Source: Heterodontus francisci
Taxonomy: Eukaryota
Assembly: GCF_036365525.1 (NCBI RefSeq)
Contig: NC_090390.1
Span: 63,179,559-63,243,558 of the forward strand
Length of the DNA: 64,000 nt
Direction of reading: 5' to 3'
Position numbers and translations under genes: made by a program. This document shows positions 58,640 through 64,000 of the stretch, in pieces. Under the pieces are notes generated by a model that was not told where the DNA came from, did not search any database, and saw nothing but the letters and a program-made list of their open reading frames with translations. How positions within the stretch are numbered: the first letter of the stretch is position 1; the number at the start of each line of letters is the position of its first letter.

Positions 58640-60810
58640 TAAGAGTAAATCAATAGATAAGGCTAGAGGTTACAAAAATAATAAAAGGACAAAAATAATT
58701 AAAGGGCAAAATTAAAGGCTCCGTATCTGAATGCAGGTAGCATTCAAAACAAAACAGATGAACTGAGAGCACAAGTAGAAATAAATAAGTACGAGCTGAT
58801 AGCCATTACAGTGACATGGCTGCAGGATGACATAGATTGGGACCTGAATATTGAAGAGTATATGGCATTTAGGAAGGACAGGAAGCTAGGAAAAGATGGA
58901 GGGGTAGCTCTGTTAATTAATGATGGTATTAGTGCAACAGAGATGGATGACCTAAGTTCAGGAGACCAGGATGTAGAAGCAGTTTAGGTAGAGATGAGAA
59001 ATCATAAAGGCAAGACGCCACTTGTGGGAGTGGTGTACAGGCCGCCTAACATTAACCACGCTGTAGGATGGGGTATAAAAGGAAGAAATAATGGCAGTTT
59101 GTCAGAAAGATACAGCGATAATTATGGGGGATTTTAACCTACATATAGACTGGAAAACTCAGATGGGCAGAAGTAGCCTAGATGAGGAGTACAAAGAATG
59201 TTTTCGGGATAATTTCTTGGAACAATACATTCTGGAGCCAACTAGAGAGCAGGCTAAAATAGACCTGGTATTGTACAACTAATAGGATTAATTAATGACC
59301 TCATAATTAAGGTGCCCCTAGGTAGCAGCAATCATAATATGATTGAATTGTACATTCAGTTTGAGGGAGATAAGAGTGGGTCCAAGACTAGTATTTTAAT
59401 CTTAAATAAGGGTAATTAAGAGGGCAGAAAGCAGAGCTAGCTAAAGTGAACTCGCAAATTAGGTTAAGGGATAGGTCAATAGAGATGCAGTGGCAGACAT
59501 TGAAGGGGATATTTCAGAATACACAGAATAGATACATTTCAACACGAAAGAAAAATTTCAAGGGTGGGACCCGCCATCCGTGGTTAACTAAAACAGTTAA
59601 ATATAGTATCAAACTTAAAGAAAAAGCCTATAATTGCGCAAAGATGGGAGGAAGGTCAGAAGATTGAACAGAATATAAAAAACAGCAAAGAATGACTAAA
59701 AGATTGATAAGGAAGGTAAAATTAGAGTACTAGAGAAAGCTAGCTAGAAATATAAAGATAGATAGCATGGGTTTCTATAGATACTTAAAAAAGAAAAGAG
59801 TTACCAAAATGAGTGTTGTCCTATAGAAAGTGAGTCTGAGGAATTAATAATGTATAATAAGGAGATGGCAGATGAATGGAACAAATATTTTGCATCATTC
59901 CTCACTATTGAGGATACAATTAACATCCCAGTATTAGCTGTAAGTCATGAAATGCAAGGGATGGAGGAACCCAAGAAAATTACAATCATCAGGGAAGTGG
60001 TACTGAACAAATTGTTGGAGCTGTGGGCTGACAAGTCTCTGGGTCCTGATGGACTTCATCCTATGTGTTAAAAGATGTGGCTAGTGAGATAGTTAGTTTG
60101 AATTTTCCAAAATTCCCTAGATTCGGGGAAGATTCAGTTAGATTGGAAAATAGCAAATAAAGCTCCTTTATTCAAAAAGGGAGGGAGACAGAAAGCAGGA
60201 AACTACAAGCCAGTTAGCTTAACATCTATCTTGGAGGAAATGTTAGAAGCTATTATTAAAGATGGTACAGCACGGCATTTAGAAAAATTCAAGGTAATCA
60301 GGCGGAGTCAACATGGTTTTGTGAAAGGGAAATCATGTTTAACCAATTTATTGGAGTTCTTTGAGGGAGTTACATATACTGTGGATAATGGGGAACCGGT
60401 GGATGTATTGTACTTAGATTTCGAGAAGGCGTTTGATAAGGTGCCACATCAAAGGTTATTGTAGAAAATAAAAGATCATGGTGTAGGGGGTAACATATTG
60501 GCATGGATAGAAGATTGGCTAGCTAACGGGAAACAGAGTAGGCTTAAATGGGTCATTTTAGGACAGAGATGAGGAGAAATTTTTTCTCTGAGGGTTATGC
60601 AACTTTGGAACTCTCAGCCTCAGAAGGTGGTGGAGGTGGAGTCATTGAATATTCTTAAGGTGGAAGTAGATAGACTCTTGTTAGGCAAGGGTTATCGGGG
60701 GTACATGGGAGTGTGGAATTCGAAACACAAACAGATCAGTCATGATCTTATTGAATGGCGGAGGAGGCTCGAGGGGCTGAATGGCCTACTTCTACTCCTA
60801 ATTCATATGA
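58640..60810 (+). mobile_element. CR1 LINE (second family), endonuclease plus N-terminal RT, internally deleted
   Basis: YLNAGSIQNK, MGDFNLHIDW, GPDGLHP, QHGFVKGKSCLTNL, DFEKAFDKV; jump to 3' end near 60558. Confidence 0.88.
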
Positions 60811-62789
60811 TCATATTTAATTGGCTGTAAAGCATTTTGAGACATCTGGCGGTCGTGAAAGGCACTATATAAATGCAAATCTTTTTTTTTTTCTATCCAA
60901 TCAGTCGCATTTTCTTGCTTGTTCCCTATATCTCCACAAATTTGTCTATTTCCAAGTATTTGTGCAATTCCCTTTTTGAAAGTTACTTTTTACTGCTTCC
61001 ACCACTCTTCCAGATAGTGCAATCCAGATCATAACTTGTGTCAAAAATGTTTTCCTCATGTTGCCTCTGGTTCTTTTGCCAATCATCTTTTAAAGCTGTA
61101 TCCTCTTCTTACCTACTCTTCTGCCACTGGAAACAGAAGTAATAAGGAGAAACCAGCAAAAACCTTAAATTTCTATCAAATCTCCCCTGAACCTTCTCTG
61201 CTCTAAGGAGAACAACCCCAGTTTCTCTAGTCTCTCCACGTAGCTGAAGTACTTCATCCCAGCTACTATTCTGGTAAATCTCCTCTGCATCTTCCCTAAG
61301 GTCCTAAGCCATCTTAGATATTTTACTCAACTTATTTTATATTTTCTGAGCTTCCTCTTCAGAATCAACTGCTCCTCCTAGTTTAATGTCATTTGCAAAT
61401 CAGATTATTTGAGTTTCTAAGTCATTATTGAATATCAGAAACTGTAGTTATCCCAACGCTGCTCACTGGCACCTCACTCAGCAATCCTCCCACCACTTCA
61501 ATATGACTTATTTAACAAGTACCCATTGCTTTCTAGCCTTCAGTCTATTTGTTACCAACTCCCAAGATTTATCCTGAATCTTTACAACTCTCCCAACAAT
61601 GCCCATATCTTAAGAATGCATGAATTAAATTGATTGAAGTTGGCTGTTAAAATAACTTTGCTATTCTCACATATCCTTCTCTCTTTAGAACAGTACTTAT
61701 TTGCATTTAATCTCTAGACTGTGATATAATACTATTAATTTACCTCAGTGCCCTTGCTTAAGGAGTGGAAATTTGTCCAAGGTTCTTATTCCCAACTGAT
61801 ATTCAGGGACCCATACTGGAAAAGCATATGTATAGGCTTTGGGTGAGGAAAGAATCATGCTCAGCTGTGATGTTTGGGAGGGTAGTTAAATTGTCTGCTG
61901 ATTATTACTGTTTGTAGAATCATGCCCAGCAATAAGCCATTACCCTCAGGCAAAATGGAAAGGGAATGGTTGACAAGAAAAAAATTAGTAAATTAAAAGC
62001 ATTTCGACTTGTGTAATGAGCCTATGTGAGCTCCACATAAAGATTTGGGTCAGTAATTAAAGCCATCATTATCTACAAGTACTGTTCACAGACTGGTTCC
62101 AATAGAGTGAGTTATGTTTCTGGCAGCATGTCACATTCTGTTCAGAAACCAAGGAGCATGAGAGTAAATGATACATTAAACTTAAATGATCACTTTAATG
62201 TTATTTTTAAAAAGCTCCATTAAGCTTATCTTTATAGTGGACCAACTCCTGAAAGTGGCCTCACACCTATTGGCTTTAGCGCACTTTGGAGCCAATTCAC
62301 TTGCATGATTTCCATGTTTTGGATCATTGCGTGTCCAAAGCCACTTCGCATCAATACTAAAGTGATTTTATATTATCCGAGGTTTCGGCCTTTTTGGTTA
62401 CTTAAAATTGCTTCCTGCTTGTGGCTGTCCACAGTGGATTTGTTCTTGCTGATGTGTACTAATGTGCAAGTGTCACGTTAGTATACTGATGTTTACAAGA
62501 TACTGTATTCACATTTGATACTGCTCTATTAACAAAGGTGAAAAACTAACGGGGTTTGGGTATGATTAGTGACCACATCATTTATTGAATGCATCTAGCT
62601 CTTGGGGCAAACCAAATACAGTGGACCCCATATAATTGTAGGATATTTACCAGTAAATTTCGCTTAGCTAAGGTGGTCTAAAATAATTTTCCATTGTCTC
62701 CATTACTTGAAATTAATATTAAAAATGCCCTCAGTCCGAACAAAATCGGATTGTTTTAAACCGACACCGCAGCAGCCATTTTATATCTG

Positions 62790-63110
62790 TACAAAACAGC
62801 AATCAAATCCTACAAACAGCAAATGTCTGAATTGCCAATTAATTCATTTTGCTCCTGTGGGTTAAAAGAGAAATGTAGGCCGAGACAGCAGAAAAAATTC
62901 CTGCTCGTCTTTGAATAATCCGGTAGGATTGTTTACATTCACCTGAACGGACAGATTCATCATCCAAAAGAGAGAATCTCTGGCATTGCAGCATTCCCTC
63001 AGTATGGAACTGCAGCATCAGCCTAGATTGTGTGTTCAAGTCCCAGAATGGGGCCTAAGTCAACTACCATCCGATACAATCGGAAGAGTGCTACTGACTG
63101 ACCCAAGCCA
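62790..63110 (-). mobile_element. Decayed Deu-SINE
   Basis: Similar to the reverse complement of 35945-36300. Confidence 0.5.
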
Positions 63111-63642
63111 TGTGAACAGCCACACTATACAGATCAGGCAAGAATGAGGAAATTGGCTAGAATTCCAGCTGATTGCTATGCATTGATACCTGCTGGAAGG
63201 ATGTGGGTGGATGTCAGCTCAGAACAAAATTAGTCTCTTGAAAAATATAAGAATATACGAAGAAGTAAGCCTTAGAAAAAACTGATCCAAACTTTATTTG
63301 AAGAGACAATGTACTAAGTAGTGTATACAACTCTTTGCTCTAGCTAGGTTAGCATTAGAGGTGTCAATCTGCATTATACACTTACATATTTATGAATATG
63401 ACTAATTTACTTCTTTTGCTAAACTTCCTGAATGATTTGGTTTTAACAGTTGTTGTTTGGATTCTATATTTGAATGATTTTAATTATTTAACCATTTAGT
63501 GAAGTTTATTCCATTTCTCAGTAAGTTAAATATTACCAGCTTCAATGATCACGCATTTCTGGATATTTGCATTAAGTTCAGAGTTTAGTTATTCAGGCAT
63601 GCTCATTAAATTATAGTAAATAACTCTTGTCATGTACTAGAT

Positions 63643-63758
63643 ATGGCTGAACAGGAAGATGGCTCCTCTGCTGTAGCAGCAACAGAGGAAGATGACAAAG
63701 CAGCGGGAGATGTTACTGATGCCAAGCCGGACAGGTCAATGAGATTTCTAAATTTCAA
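63643..63758 (+). CDS. CASP7: Caspase-7 first coding exon (N-terminal peptide); gene continues beyond window end
   Basis: tag|AT-ATG; MAEQEDGSSAVAATEEDDKAAGDVTDAKPDRSMRFLNF then phase-2 gtaagt; DxxD-AKPDRS as in human DSVD-AKPDRS; synteny with NRAP. Confidence 0.88.
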
Positions 63759-64000
63759 GTAAGTTTTAAATTTCCAGCACCTCTTGGAACACCACCAAAA
63801 TAATGAACGGTCAAAAATGGAAATTAGTATTACCATCTTCAAGGTAGGGTGTAGGTTTACAGCTTGTAAAGCTTGTCAATTCTTAGTAAATATTTACAAA
63901 AATTTACATATTTATCTTTTGTGTGAATTATGTGCTCGTCAAGGTGAGGAAACAGACTACAATACAAAAAGGACAAGGAATGTAGGAAAGATCAGAAAAA

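Overview
Vertebrate genomic DNA, very probably a cartilaginous fish (shark), judging by the V-SINE, Deu-SINE, CR1, L2 and Harbinger repeat landscape. Three spliced host genes were reconstructed by hand; none appears as an intact ORF in the supplied track. (1) The 5' part of NRAP (nebulin-related anchoring protein) on the minus strand: 12 coding exons, 404 codons, 27220 to 516, encoding a LIM domain then nebulin repeats and continuing off the left edge. (2) A complete 3-exon gene on the plus strand (39794-39845, 47167-49097, 50382-50507; 702 aa) for a type-I membrane protein of the TGN38/TGOLN2 - KCT2/C5orf15 family. Its lumenal domain is a 33-bp coding minisatellite (KAPEGEGAARD/A x53) and its tail carries an SEYQRL sorting motif. 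(3) The first coding exon of CASP7 (63643-63758). NRAP and CASP7 are adjacent in human, so the intervening gene looks like an ohnolog lost in mammals. The most unusual element is a LINE family that starts with a tRNA-like Pol III promoter (A and B boxes) fused to ORF2 with no ORF1. Its sense strand has no TTTT terminator over about 4 kb of well-preserved copies. It occurs here as a long LINE, an internally deleted intermediate and a ~370-bp SINE. All homology calls come from remembered protein and repeat consensus sequences, not from database searches.
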